From: Eledone cirrhosa
Lineage: Eukaryota
Length of the DNA: 64,000 nucleotides
Assembly (NCBI GenBank): GCA_964016885.1
Contig: OZ024746.1
Span: forward strand, 28,644,001-28,708,000
Reading direction: 5' to 3'
A program made the translations under genes and the position numbers. How positions within the stretch are numbered: the stretch's first letter is position 1; each line of letters starts with the position of its first letter. Positions 1 through 11,682 of this stretch are shown one piece after another. The notes beneath the pieces were generated by a model. The model saw only the letters and a list, made by a program, of their open reading frames with translations, was not told the DNA's origin and made no database searches.

Positions 1-65
1 GAAATCATCTGCGAAGATTCTTATGCTGTGTATTTGATGACGTTGATAATGTCATTGATATAAAT

Positions 66-198
66 AATTGTTTGTACTTTTGGCACAAGGCCAGCAATAA
101 CCCAGTACATTACTGGTACTTTATTTTATCGACCCCGTAAGGATGAAAGGCAAAGTTAACCTCGGCGGGATTTGAACTCAGAATGGTAAGGGCTGTAA
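66..198 (-). mobile_element. tRNA-derived SINE with Nin/Deu-like core, 5'-truncated
   Basis: Reverse complement of the B box (GAGTTCAAATCCC) and the core GCCTTTCATCCTTACGGGGTCGATAAAATAAAGTACCAG; same family recurs more than 10 times in the window. Confidence 0.85.
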
Positions 199-750
199 CA
201 TAAATAATGAAGGTAAATGGGCCCAACACATTGTCTTGTGGAACCTCACTACTGACGTTTGCTGAGCTGCATTGCATTCTTTCGACCGTAACAAGTTCTG
301 TTTGGACCGTAACAAGCTCTGTTTGTCAGGAAACACTTGATTCATTGTAGTAATTTCCAGAGACACCAATGTTGGATAGTTATTTAAACAGGATGTTGTG
401 ATAAACTCTGCCAAAAGCCTTGTTGAAATCAAGGTCTATGACATCAGCGTTAGAGTTCTCTCCCAAAGCTCTTAAAATGTCAGCAACGTGATGCAAAAGC
501 TGCGTTAGGCAATCCCTGCCATTACGGGACCTATGTTGGGTGTAGTGCAGCAGATTGTTGCTTTCAAGAAAGTGAGGTATTTGTGATCTGACCACCCTCT
601 CAAATACCTAAATGAGATGAGAAGTGAGTGAGACAGGACGTTAATTCACTGCAAGAGTCTTGTTTCTCCCTTTGAAAACTTGAACGACAGACTGTGACAG
701 AAAGTTTTCAAGGATATAGCCAGCGTCCAGTGAGTTCCTCTACAAATTAG
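199..750 (-). pseudogene. CR1/L2-group LINE reverse transcriptase remnant
   Basis: Translation gives SLTSHLI*VFERVVRSQ...CLTQLL...ADVIDLDFNKAFGRV...VLGP, matching non-LTR RT motifs, with stops and frameshifts. Confidence 0.75.
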
Positions 751-882
751 TTAGAGGCGATACAAGTTTAATTTTCTCATTGCCGATTCCTCCTGACCTG
801 TTCTTTCGTTATTAATGATGGGCTTCATAGATTTTTGGAGATTATATTTTTCGATTCGACAAGTGCAATAGCAGTCGAATGT

Positions 883-1845
883 TTTTTTTTGTTTTTTTAT
901 TATCTTTTTAACCACAAACATGTTTATTTAACTCTACTTGGATGAAAGAATGGTATTTAACTAATGTAATGGTACGCGATGAGGCACATCCACAGCCCCG
1001 GCGGACAGAATGGAGAAGGCATTTCCCCAGAGGACTTCAAGGGAGACGCGCTGGAAAAGCTACTCCAACTCGCGAGGCTCACACCTACGGCTGGCCAGCT
1101 CAGCGCCTATGGTGGTGAGTAAGGAGGTACCCCTGGGGCCGAGGACACCAGAAGTTTCTACTGCTAGGGGAACGACCGCAAACCTGTCGGAGAGCGACCG
1201 GTATTTGAGGAGTTTGGCCCCCTCAGCCCGCAGAACCTGGGTCAGTCGCAGACTGCACCAGGTTGCGGCTGCAGGAAGTGTCGGTGGAAGTGGAATCCCA
1301 GACGAGGGGTTTGCCACCGGGCAACGGAAAGATGGTCATGCCATCTGGCCTTTTGCCGTCCCCTCGATCCAGCCCCACCGGCTCGAGCTGGGAAGGGAAG
1401 CTTGCAGCGTCCAAGCCATGCTTACTGACCTCGTTGAGGGCAGTATGGTGTGGAATGCGGCCGGCACTGTGGCGACAGGAAAGCGGGTGGAGGCCGAAAG
1501 AGTCCACGGTGGAACCGCAGCGACATTGGTGTGGCTGGCAGATCCGGAGGCCGAGCCTCAGGGAAACGCCGATTCGCAGGCTATGTTTGTCTAGATGCGT
1601 GCCAGTGGAGGAGGGCAGAGCATGGAGCCAGGCATCACTGTGGGGTTTGGAGGCCGCACGAAAACAAGCAAGGCGGTGCTGGTCGAGCTGGCGCGTGAGC
1701 CTGTCTGAGGCCAGGCTGCCCTGGATGGCATCCCAAGTGCGTTGGGGGGACTTGACGTCAACAGGAGGAGAAGGAGGAGGGACGTCTACTGGGCCAAGTC
1801 CCAGCCGGTCCCACGTCTCACAGGCGGCCTCACGTTCTCTGAACA
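883..1845 (-). mobile_element. 3' fragment of a CRE-like non-LTR retrotransposon (zinc finger plus restriction-like endonuclease)
   Basis: WLHALPS...LRLG...CRCG...HPLSC...EP...DGKRPDG...WD; after a frameshift AE.AKLLKY...PLAVETSG...GNA. GC-rich island followed by an A-rich tail at about 883-900. Confidence 0.8.
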
Positions 1846-3097
1846 CAGAGGGTTCTGTTGTGTTTTGAAAAACCCTGCTGACGAATGTTTGTGTTGCTAC
1901 TGGCAGTATTTTACTTTGTTGGTATTTTTGTTTAATCTTTTTTTTTTTCTGATAGAAGTTTTTTTTCTGTTATGGGGGATTCTGCACCTAGTTTTATTCA
2001 CAGATCTAGATGTGTTTTTAACAGTGTCTATATATATCTGCCAAGTTGTTTTGATGTTGCTAGGGATGTTTGTGTGTGGAGTGTGTGTGTGCGTCTGTGT
2101 GTGTGTGTGTGCGTGTGAAAGAAACTAATCAACATGCGATTCGTTAGTGATTGCATCTCAGTTTGCATTATAAAGAACCATGTTATCAAATGAGTTGGCT
2201 GAAGAGAGGTCACTGGGTTTAGCTTTCGGCTGGTGGAATCACAGGTTACAGAGAACCATGTCGGGGTCTAAGAGAAGAGTTTCTTTTTCCTACTGTAATA
2301 TAGTGTATAGTGTTAGTGTATATCTTTTATTCAGAAAAAGACCGTATGTCTGAAAAGAGCTCGCTCTATTGTAAAAATTCAAGTTAGGACTTTGATCAGT
2401 CCCAGAAGGTGCGAAATGTGTCATGGATGAGGCGATAAAAGAATCGGGTAGGGCAAGCTATAACATGATGTATATCTATTGTCAGAACTATTGTAAAATC
2501 AAATAGTACCGAGTGTCTGGTAACATGTGTTTACCCTTATAAATAATTAAACAGACTGGGAAATCAATTAACGGCTGTTGCCTATTACGATCGCCTATTG
2601 ATATGCTTCGATTCGCATCAATGGTTCTATCAGTTATCATCTATTATATTTAGGGCGGAGAAATTAGAGATGTTAACAGCAGTCTCAGTTGTGAGCCTTA
2701 TCGCTATTTCTTTTATTTTATCACCATAACGTTTCATACGTGACAGCTTGGTGCCAAGTACTACGAACGGCTTCTAGGGTCAATAATAACAACAACAATA
2801 ATAATTGTTAATGTTAGTAAAATATGTATTTCGGTAAATCGACTATATCCTATAAAGAATCGTGTAAAACATGACTCAGTTTCCAACATCATTATACACA
2901 TAATGAAGTAAATTGAAAAGATTCCATATCAAATTGCATCGACATCAATTTTGTCTTTCATCCTTTCGGGTTCGATAAAGTATTGGGATCAATTCTTCCA
3001 CTGTCTCTGTATCTCCGTTTCTCTCAAAGAAAAGAACTCGGAGAGGTGTTAAATTTATATATATATGTATATGTGTGCGTGTAGAGAGAGAAAGAGG

Positions 3098-3131
<34 letters not shown>

Positions 3132-3305
3132 CCCATGGTGGTGTGACTGGAGCAAAAGACTGCTAGAAACAGCAGCCCAGAACCATTCAACTTAAGACGC
3201 TCTACTTATATAAAAAATTAATTAGGTGCCAATATATCAAATTAAAATCGGAGTTAAAACCTCACGTTAATCTCCTATAATTAAACACATACCCCTATGT
3301 GTCCT

Positions 3306-3364
<59 letters not shown>

Positions 3365-4524
3365 AATAAAATAAATAATTCAAATGTTTAAAATTAGGCT
3401 TCGTTTATCACTGCTATATATATTTGGGTGACATCCATCTTTGGCTGTGACCTCTTCAGGCAGACCGAATTATTGTGGTAGAGACGAGTACACATGTTGT
3501 TGAGGTGTTTAACTTTGTCAATACTCTGATATGCCCAGTTCCTGGTTGGGTTGTTATTTCACTGAGGAACTGGAATCATATGAATTTAAACAAACGAATT
3601 TCAGTGTCAAAGGGCCTCTTCTCCTCTCATTGGTCAGTTGTTAGAACATTCCTCAGTCAAAAGTCTATAGAAATTCGTTCTGAGGCAAGCCAATATGTAG
3701 TGGTTGTTCTTGTTATTGTTAGGTACATCTGACCTCTATTCTTATGTTGGTAGTGGTGTTGTTGTTGGAGTCAGCTCAAAAAAATGATAAAGTGGTAGAA
3801 GGAATAAGATGGTAAAGGAACAAAATAAAATAAAATAAAATAATAGAATAAAATGTGTGTGTGTGTTATACCCATCTCAATGTTTCAATGTTATAAAGAT
3901 TTGTAAGGTCAGGGGGGGGGGGTCAGCCATGTATATGAAGAAATAGAAGGCAATAAAATGAAGAAAACAGAAAATAAATAATAAATAGGGAATAAATGAA
4001 AAATTAATGAAAATGTAATGAAAAATGAAAATGAAAATGAAAAATGAAATGAAAAGTGAAAAATAAAAAGGAAGATTCAAATAAAATAAAATGTGTGTGT
4101 GCTATAACCAATCTCAAGGTCAGAAATATGTTGGATAAAGTGGTAGGAGAAACAAGATGGTAAAAGAATAAAACGAAATAGGATAATCAAATAAAATGTG
4201 TGCGTTATAACCAATCTCAACTTAAATATAAATATAGAGTGATAAAGTGAAGAAAACAGAAAGCGAATAAATGAATAATGAAAAATCAAGAAAAATAAAA
4301 TGTGTGTGTGTTATAAATATGTTGACCAAATTATAAAGGCTGTGTCAGAATCAAACTCTAGGCTATCATGGTGTCTGCTCAGCCTAGGGTAGTCCCTATG
4401 GCTTGAGGTGAGTTCCCAGCCTATGGTGTTGTTACAGCCCATATAGCTTGAGAGAGGTCTGGCCGAGAGGTATCTACATGTTCTGGGGGAAGTCCCTATA
4501 GCTCGAGGGAAGTTCACATCTTAT

Positions 4525-4600
4525 TGAACCTCTTGACCAGGATTGAACCCAAAGCCAGGATCTCCACCGTATCTAGTACTTACCACTAGGCTACCGAGAC
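4525..4600 (-). other. tRNA-like Pol III promoter head (SINE-like or tRNA pseudogene)
   Basis: Minus strand GTCTCGG-TAGCCTAGTGG (A box)...GGTTCAATCC (B box); no clean cloverleaf. Confidence 0.45.
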
Positions 4601-4732
4601 AACTACGAAAATCTTATGAAAATTCATACTTATAAACCTACTTTCAAAATGTTCAAAACAAAGTGTTGTGGTGTCCTTTCATGTCTTTCTTAATTTTATT
4701 GCTCCTAGTTAAGGTCGACTTCTAAATCATTT

Positions 4733-4772
<40 letters not shown>

Positions 4773-4894
4773 GTGTGCGTGTGTGTGTGTGCGTGTGTGT
4801 GTGTGTGTGGGTGTGTGTGTATCTATATATATACACCACCTTCACCACTAATTGATTTGAGAGATGCCTTTAACCCATTGATACCAAATATTAT

Positions 4895-5072
4895 GGCAGT
4901 ATCGGTAGAGGGTCGGACGCCTTGTTTTGACGCATAGAGTTACGGCCCTTGCCATTCTGAGTTCAAATCCCGCCGAGGTTAACTTTGCCTTTCATCCTTA
5001 CGGGGTCGATAAAATAAAGTACCAGTAATGTACTGAGTAATTTGCTAGCCTTGTGCCAATAGTAGAAACAAT
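4895..5072 (+). mobile_element. Nin/Deu-core tRNA SINE
   Basis: GGCAGTATCGGTAG...GAGTTCAAATCCCGCCGAGG...core...GTAGAAACAATTA. Confidence 0.85.
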
Positions 5073-5519
5073 TAGTGTGTAAGTATATATATATATATAT
5101 AAATGAAAAGTATAGAAATTATTGTAGTAAGAAGCCAACATATATATGCTTGTGTGTCTGTGTCTATATATGTATGTTTGCATACTAACCTTTAGATTTA
5201 GTAGAATGTACAACCATTGATTCCAGCCATTTGCACTATCATACATTTTGGTTTCTATTAATTCCCTGGGGAATTGTTTGACCAAATGCTTTGCTTAATT
5301 CTTTTTTTTGTTATTCTTTCTTTTAGATTTCAGGTATCTTTTTAAAGCAAAGCATTGGCCCCTATAACAATACAATGGGTCCTGCAATACTACTGTGTGC
5401 TCTTGGAATGCTACCGTGGGCCCCCTGCGGCCCACTTGCCATTGGTCAACCTGGCAACCTGGCCAGTCTGCCACTGTATATATATATATGTATATGTATG
5501 TATATATATATATATATAG

Positions 5520-6275
5520 ACACGAAGTTTATCAGAAATGTTACAACTCTTTGTGTGCTATGTGATCTATGAGTGGAGTAGGGTTTAGCCGGTTGCTCAC
5601 CGTGTGACGTAATATCCGAGGGTATATAGCTGCGATCTCAGCTCTCGGCAGCCAGTTTATGTTTTTTCACGTGCTTTTGTTAACAGGTCCTCAAATCTAG
5701 ACGGTCGAGTAATGGGCACATACCAATGAATCAGCCTGATGTTTCTTGTCTGGCTGGGTGAAAACTCCGTCAGTAGTACTTAGAATACTGCCCCAAATGT
5801 ACGGTGATGAGACGATTTTGTATTGAGCGCGTGAGGCAGAGAGTCCGTGGCGATCGTCGACTGACTGTTCGGCTGATCGTGGGTTAGGCATGAATCGTGA
5901 CAGCGTTTGAAACATTATCAACGAAGATTTGGACATGCGTAAGTTCTGTGCGATGATGATAGCGATGCAGCTGAATGATCACCATAAGGAGCGGTGTATG
6001 TAGGCATGTTATGACATCATCGAGTGTCTTGAAACCTAACCAGACATTTTCCTTTTCCCCAAGCTCGAAGGGGTCATGAAGCGGACCAGATTACCAGGCG
6101 TGCAAGCTATCGGGACGATCGAGACGACGATTCTGCGGTGAATCCCGATATAAAACATCGAAGAGTGCACCGAGTTCTGGCAGAGAAGTATGGACATATC
6201 GTAGGACCGCCACCGTGACATTTGGCGTGTGAATACAGTCGATTTCTTCGAGAGAAAGAAGGAGCCAGAAACAGT
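5520..6275 (+). pseudogene. mariner-type transposase remnant, internally deleted
   Basis: Decayed translation ...IINEDLDMRKFCA...QLNDHHKERC... joined to FLFPKL...WQR..., typical of mariner N- and C-terminal blocks; many stops. Confidence 0.6.
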
Positions 6276-6279
6276 TGAA

Positions 6280-6615
<336 letters not shown>

Positions 6616-6618
6616 TGT

Positions 6619-6740
6619 GAAGGCGTGTGGCTGAGTGGTTAGAGAATTGGATTCGCAATCGTAAGGTTGTGAGTTCGATTCCTGGACCAGGCGATGCGTT
6701 ATGTCCTTGAGCAAGTAAATTAAATTTCACGTTGCTCCTT
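6619..6740 (+). mobile_element. tRNA-derived CORE-type SINE fragment
   Basis: A box TGGCTGAGTGG, B box GTTCGATTC, then TGTCCTTGAGCAAG (CORE-like); related copy at about 60915-61060. Confidence 0.65.
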
Positions 6741-7176
6741 CTACCTGGAGTTGCGACCGATAGATAGTATTAGCAATTGGAAAGACCAACGGAAACATTG
6801 TTCCCTCGGTCCGATTTGACGAAAGTCGATCGTTCCTTTATATATATATATGCACATGCTTAAGTACACTGTCATTATAATGCACTACATATATATCTAT
6901 TACAACATATACAGTGTAAACACTTCTTAATGAAGCATACACAAGCTTCTTATTCATACAACGCACGCATACACACATCTCTCTACGCATTAACTCAACT
7001 CATATTAACTCAATTTTACATACGCATATTTACACACACACCAGCCAGACAATATTGATTTTTCTCGCTTCATAAAACCAATATAACTATGTTGACTTCC
7101 ACGTTAGAATGTTGTATGATCAAAAGCTTTCTAACCAGGACCATCACGAGGTTTTTATGTCTTCAGTACACTCAAT

Positions 7177-7610
7177 TTGGCGGTCGATTTGGCAGAGGTT
7201 TTATAGCGTTAGATATGTGTTGCAGATCCGTACGTTCTGAGTTGGAATACGCCAAGTTTACCTTTGCCTTTCAACCTTATACAATAGATGAAATAAACTA
7301 CCAGTAACGAACTAGGTTGATTTAATCGACTTTCCCCTCCCCCAGATTGTTGGCCTTGGGCCTAAACGAGAAACCATTGTTGTTATTGAAGGCAGTGGAT
7401 TGCCAGTATCGGTAGCGCGTCAGATATCAAGCTTTTAGCATATAATTACTACCTTTGCGTCCTGAGTTCAAATTTCGCCGAGGATAGCTTAGCCTTTCTC
7501 CTTTACGGGATCGATAAAATAAAGTACCAGTAACAAACTGGGGGCGATTTAACCGACTTTCTCTTCCCTTCAAAGTTCTAGTCTAGTGCTAAATGTAGAA
7601 GCATTTATTA
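7177..7610 (+). mobile_element. Two tandem diverged Nin/Deu-core SINE copies
   Basis: Degenerate head plus GCCTTT...GATAAAATAAAGTACCAG core, twice. Confidence 0.7.
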
Positions 7611-8734
7611 TCTAGTATTACATCCCATCTATTCATGGGCTCGTATTCGCTCCGTCGTATTACTCGCTGAGCCTTGTGCATGTTAAACCTGCCATAGCCC
7701 ATCCTTCTCTACATCGTGTCACAAAGAAAATGAGGAAGCGAAAGTGAGAGGAAGTATAAACCCCAAGACTAGAGAGGTAATTAATTTATCCACCTTAAAA
7801 GGAACAAAGGCAAAGATGACCTCTTCGGGATTTAAACTCGGACGACAAAGAACTGAACCGAAAACCGTGAGGTATTTTACCTACAGTATGGACATCATGA
7901 ACAATAGTTCCATTAAGAAGTCGGTTTCAGGAAAAGGTTCACAAAACCCTTCTAAGAAGAGTCAATTTGTCAAAACCACGTTTCGACAAAACACCGGTTC
8001 AGTAAAAAAATACTTTCTGATGAAAAGTAATTCGACAAAAAGTCGTTCAATTTAAAAGTCATGCAACGCACAATACATCTTACGACAGCTATCAGCATTT
8101 GTAATAATCAGAACTTCTCCAAGTAAAAGAATGCGGAGAATAATAAGTAAATACATACATAAATAAATATATAAATAAATAAATATATATATATATAAAG
8201 GGGTGAAAAAAAAAATATTTATTAATGTCCGACTTCTTCCATGATAGAATGGTCGAACGATATGAAAGAGTGGAAGGAGATGTTGTCAATGTACTCCAAT
8301 TAATTCTAAAGTTATGTTTACCAACCGAATCAAATTGCTTTTAGCAATCATAGCAGCAGCAATAGTTAAGGCTTAATTATCTAATGTTTCTTGTTAATGT
8401 GTTTCTTGTATGAAATAAATCAATCGATTTATCGATCAGATGCAGCCGAAAGGCATGGGTTCATTAGTTATTATTATTGTAACTTTCGTTAATTACTACT
8501 AATGAGTAGGATGGATGACACTCCCATTAACATTTGTCAGGTTCTGTAAGATTACTGTTGTTAGTAATCCTGATACTTCACAGAATCCACCCTAGGTATA
8601 TGTAACACTAGATATATGTTACAGTCTGGGTATATCTTACAATGTAGATATAGTGTACAGCTTGTGTGTATGTTACACCGTAGATATGTTACTCTATCGT
8701 TATATGTTACACTTTACACGTTATATGTTACACA

Positions 8735-8922
8735 GGCGGTGGATTGGCAGTATCGGTAGAGGGTCGGACGCCATGCTTTCCAGCAGAGTTACGTCCCTTT
8801 ACGATCTGAGTTCAAATCCCGCCGAGGTTGATTTTGCCTTTCATCCTTACGGGGTCGATAAAATAAAGTACCAGTAATGCACTGGGTAATTTGCTGGCCT
8901 TGTGCCTAAAGTAGAAACAGTT
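8735..8922 (+). mobile_element. Full-length Nin/Deu-core tRNA SINE (about 190 bp)
   Basis: GGCGGTGGATTGGCAGTATCGGTAG head, B box, core and tail. Confidence 0.9.
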
Positions 8923-9129
8923 ATATGTTACACCTTAGATGTATGTTAAACTGTAGACTAGGTATACGTTGTAGCCTGTATTTGTGACGACAGCGTGTAT
9001 TAGAGTTAAAGAATGTTATGTCTGTGTGGTTTAGTTAATATATAACAAGAGAGTTATTAGCTAGCTTATTAATGTATACACATAGCCGCGTGAATTATTA
9101 TCAATATGTATGACGTAATGATAAATAAT

Positions 9130-9460
9130 TTGGAATGGATGTGAGTTCCAGGTGTTGATCAACGGAACAACCTGCACATAGATTCAGCCAGGAAGTGACT
9201 AAGCATTCCTCAGACACGTGTTTCTTTAATGTTATTCTCAGGGGGATTCTGCATGACACTCTCTGTGCCAAATCTGACGCTTTGAATGACATACACAGTT
9301 CTTCCGACAGGCATACACACATTTCTTCCATCTACGTAACTTTATTCATAAGGTTCAACTCGACGCGAGACTGAAGTAAATGGCATTTACCTGAGGTTCC
9401 AAGTGATCAGATCGAACCCAGAACTTTGATTTGAAAGAGAATCTATTAAATAGTCGGCCA
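9130..9460 (-). mobile_element. Old SINE-like interspersed repeat
   Basis: Shares blocks (CAGACACGTG...TTAA...ATTCTCAGGG) with about 39680-39810 and about 52010-52280; reverse B-box-like ATCGAACCC near 9411. Confidence 0.5.
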
Positions 9461-9471
9461 TAATATACTCA

Positions 9472-9838
9472 GATGGGTGCTACACGAGAATGCTGCGGAT
9501 GGCGCTGAACATTAATCAGTATACACTCAGGATGAAGAACCCAGAGCTCTACGGGAGCCTCCCAAAAGTCAGCTCGAAAGTGACACAGAGGAGACTGAGG
9601 TTAGCTGGACATGCTCACCGACATCCAGATTTGACACTGGACTCAGTGCTCCTGTGAGAGCCCCTGCATAGACACACTGGAAGAGGAAGACCGAGGTTAT
9701 CATATGTTGATTCCCTAAGGACAGACACTGGTCTCTTGGAGACGCAGGACATGGCAGCGATAATGAGGAACAGAGACCGCTGGAGAGAACTCGTGCATGA
9801 TTCTCGGGGAATTTTACCCGCCCTAGATAGATAGATAG
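9472..9838 (+). mobile_element. RTE-clade LINE 3' end
   Basis: DGCYTRMLRMALNI...ELYGSLPKVS...RRLRLAGHAHRH...GRGRPRLSYVD...RDRWR with one internal stop, ending in a (TAGA)n tail. Confidence 0.85.
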
Positions 9839-10454
9839 TATACGCTCTGTCGATAAATGAAACAATAAAACCAAGGATATAAGACCTCACGACGTTACGA
9901 TTGCGAGCCGAAAACCGTAACCACTGAGACATGCAGCTTCACATGACAGACAGTATGTTAATAATGAATAATGGTACATAGTGTTTCCATAGAAACTATA
10001 GTGGAACAAATGGATGAAATAGAAAGATGAAATATCTTACAGTTAGATATGCTGAACACTGCGGAATGTTGAAAGAAGGAGAGACAATATGTAGACAAAT
10101 ATATCGCATGTAAGAGAAGCTCAGACAAAACGGATTAACACTCCTCCAAATCCATTGATAATTTGGTGAAGAAATAAATGGAATTATATTAATATACTCT
10201 CTAGCTCACACGCATTTATACATATACACGTACATACATATGTGCCTGATTGTGTTTCAGTATTAAAGAGAATTTGTATTTGAAAACAGGAAACAAAATT
10301 ATACTCAATTAATATATATATATATATACTGACTACACGTGCGTAGGCAGGCCAAAACTAGCTGTCCCACATTCACGGTGCTAGAAATAACAGCCGCTTA
10401 TGCAGGATTAAGGATCAGCTCTTACAATAAAGGAGCTATACATTATATTATATT

Positions 10455-10743
10455 TTGAGAATAAACTCTCAGTCGTTTACAATAATTAAGCTCCAGGAAG
10501 GGGCTCTTCCGAGCAGTTAAATACATTTAAAGTATATGATAAACACGAAATGTGTTTACATTGCAACAGACAAAGTTAGCTATAATGAAATAAACTAATA
10601 AAAGTGAATACAATTTGTCTGTCTCGATACAAGTCAATAAAGACAAGCTTTGTATTCACTTTTATTAGTTTATTTCATTAATAGCTAACTTTGTCTGTTG
10701 CAATGTAAACACATTTCGTGTTTATCATATACTTTAAATGTAT
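10455..10743. repeat. Fold-back insert with about 93-bp inverted arms plus a one-sided tail (PLE-like)
   Basis: 10521-10613 is the near-perfect reverse complement of about 10651-10743; abuts (TA)n. Confidence 0.8.
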
Positions 10744-10774
10744 ATATATATATATATATACATATATATGCAAA

Positions 10775-11001
10775 AGTTTTATTTAAAATTGTTGGGTTAC
10801 AACAATTAAATATTTTATAACTGATATAAAGCACTCGACAAGTTTTTGGAGTAGATATACGATATTAAACAAATGGAAACTATATTTATAAAACCATATT
10901 TATTTCATTATACATATTTCAGGGATAATATGGTATCCCTGAAATATGTATAATGAAATACATATGGTTTTATAAATATAGTTTCCATTTGTTTAATATC
11001 G

Positions 11002-11002
<1 letters not shown>
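10775..11002. repeat. Fold-back insert with about 68-bp arms centred on a hammerhead stem II remnant
   Basis: CGATATTAAAC...TTTCAGGGATA / TATCCCTGAAA...GTTTAATATCG; arm carries GAAA-TATGTA-TA as in the ribozyme at 33994-34060; TA-flanked. Confidence 0.75.
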
Positions 11003-11032
<30 letters not shown>

Positions 11033-11369
11033 ATATGTTGGGAGTGTCATTCTGCCAATAAAAACACACGTCTACAATTTATTACAATTACAAATTTGGG
11101 GTTTGCGGATGGTTGTATTTGGTTTGCGCATGCGCTATCAAGCGCATCAATATAAGTAAAATAAAACTCATCTAAAGTCGTACGTGGATGTCGCATAGCT
11201 GAATGGTTATGAAGCTCGCTTTCCAATCATAAGCTATCGCGTTAAATTGTTATATATATATATATATACAATGTAAAGGGTAATAAGAGAAACTATATCG
11301 TACATCGAAACGTAGAACGAAACTGAATAAAATGACTTAAAACGTACTCAAAGAACATCAACATTTCCA

Positions 11370-11422
<53 letters not shown>

Positions 11423-11682
11423 TTTCTTTATTAACCACAAGGGTTTACATAAAGTAGACATTAAGGACAGTGCAGGACAATGCAGGACGGTACAAATGGG
11501 CATTTCTGCGTGTAAAAAAACAAAAACAGAGGATGTAACAAAAATAACAATGAAAATAACAATGAAAAATTCCCCAATAGGGGGGAGACTTCGGAGGGAC
11601 ATTTGTGGAGAAAGCCCAGTAAAAAGCCACAATGACCCTGACCACCAAGGCAAGTGCCCTCTCCCAGTTTTCCACCTTTAGT

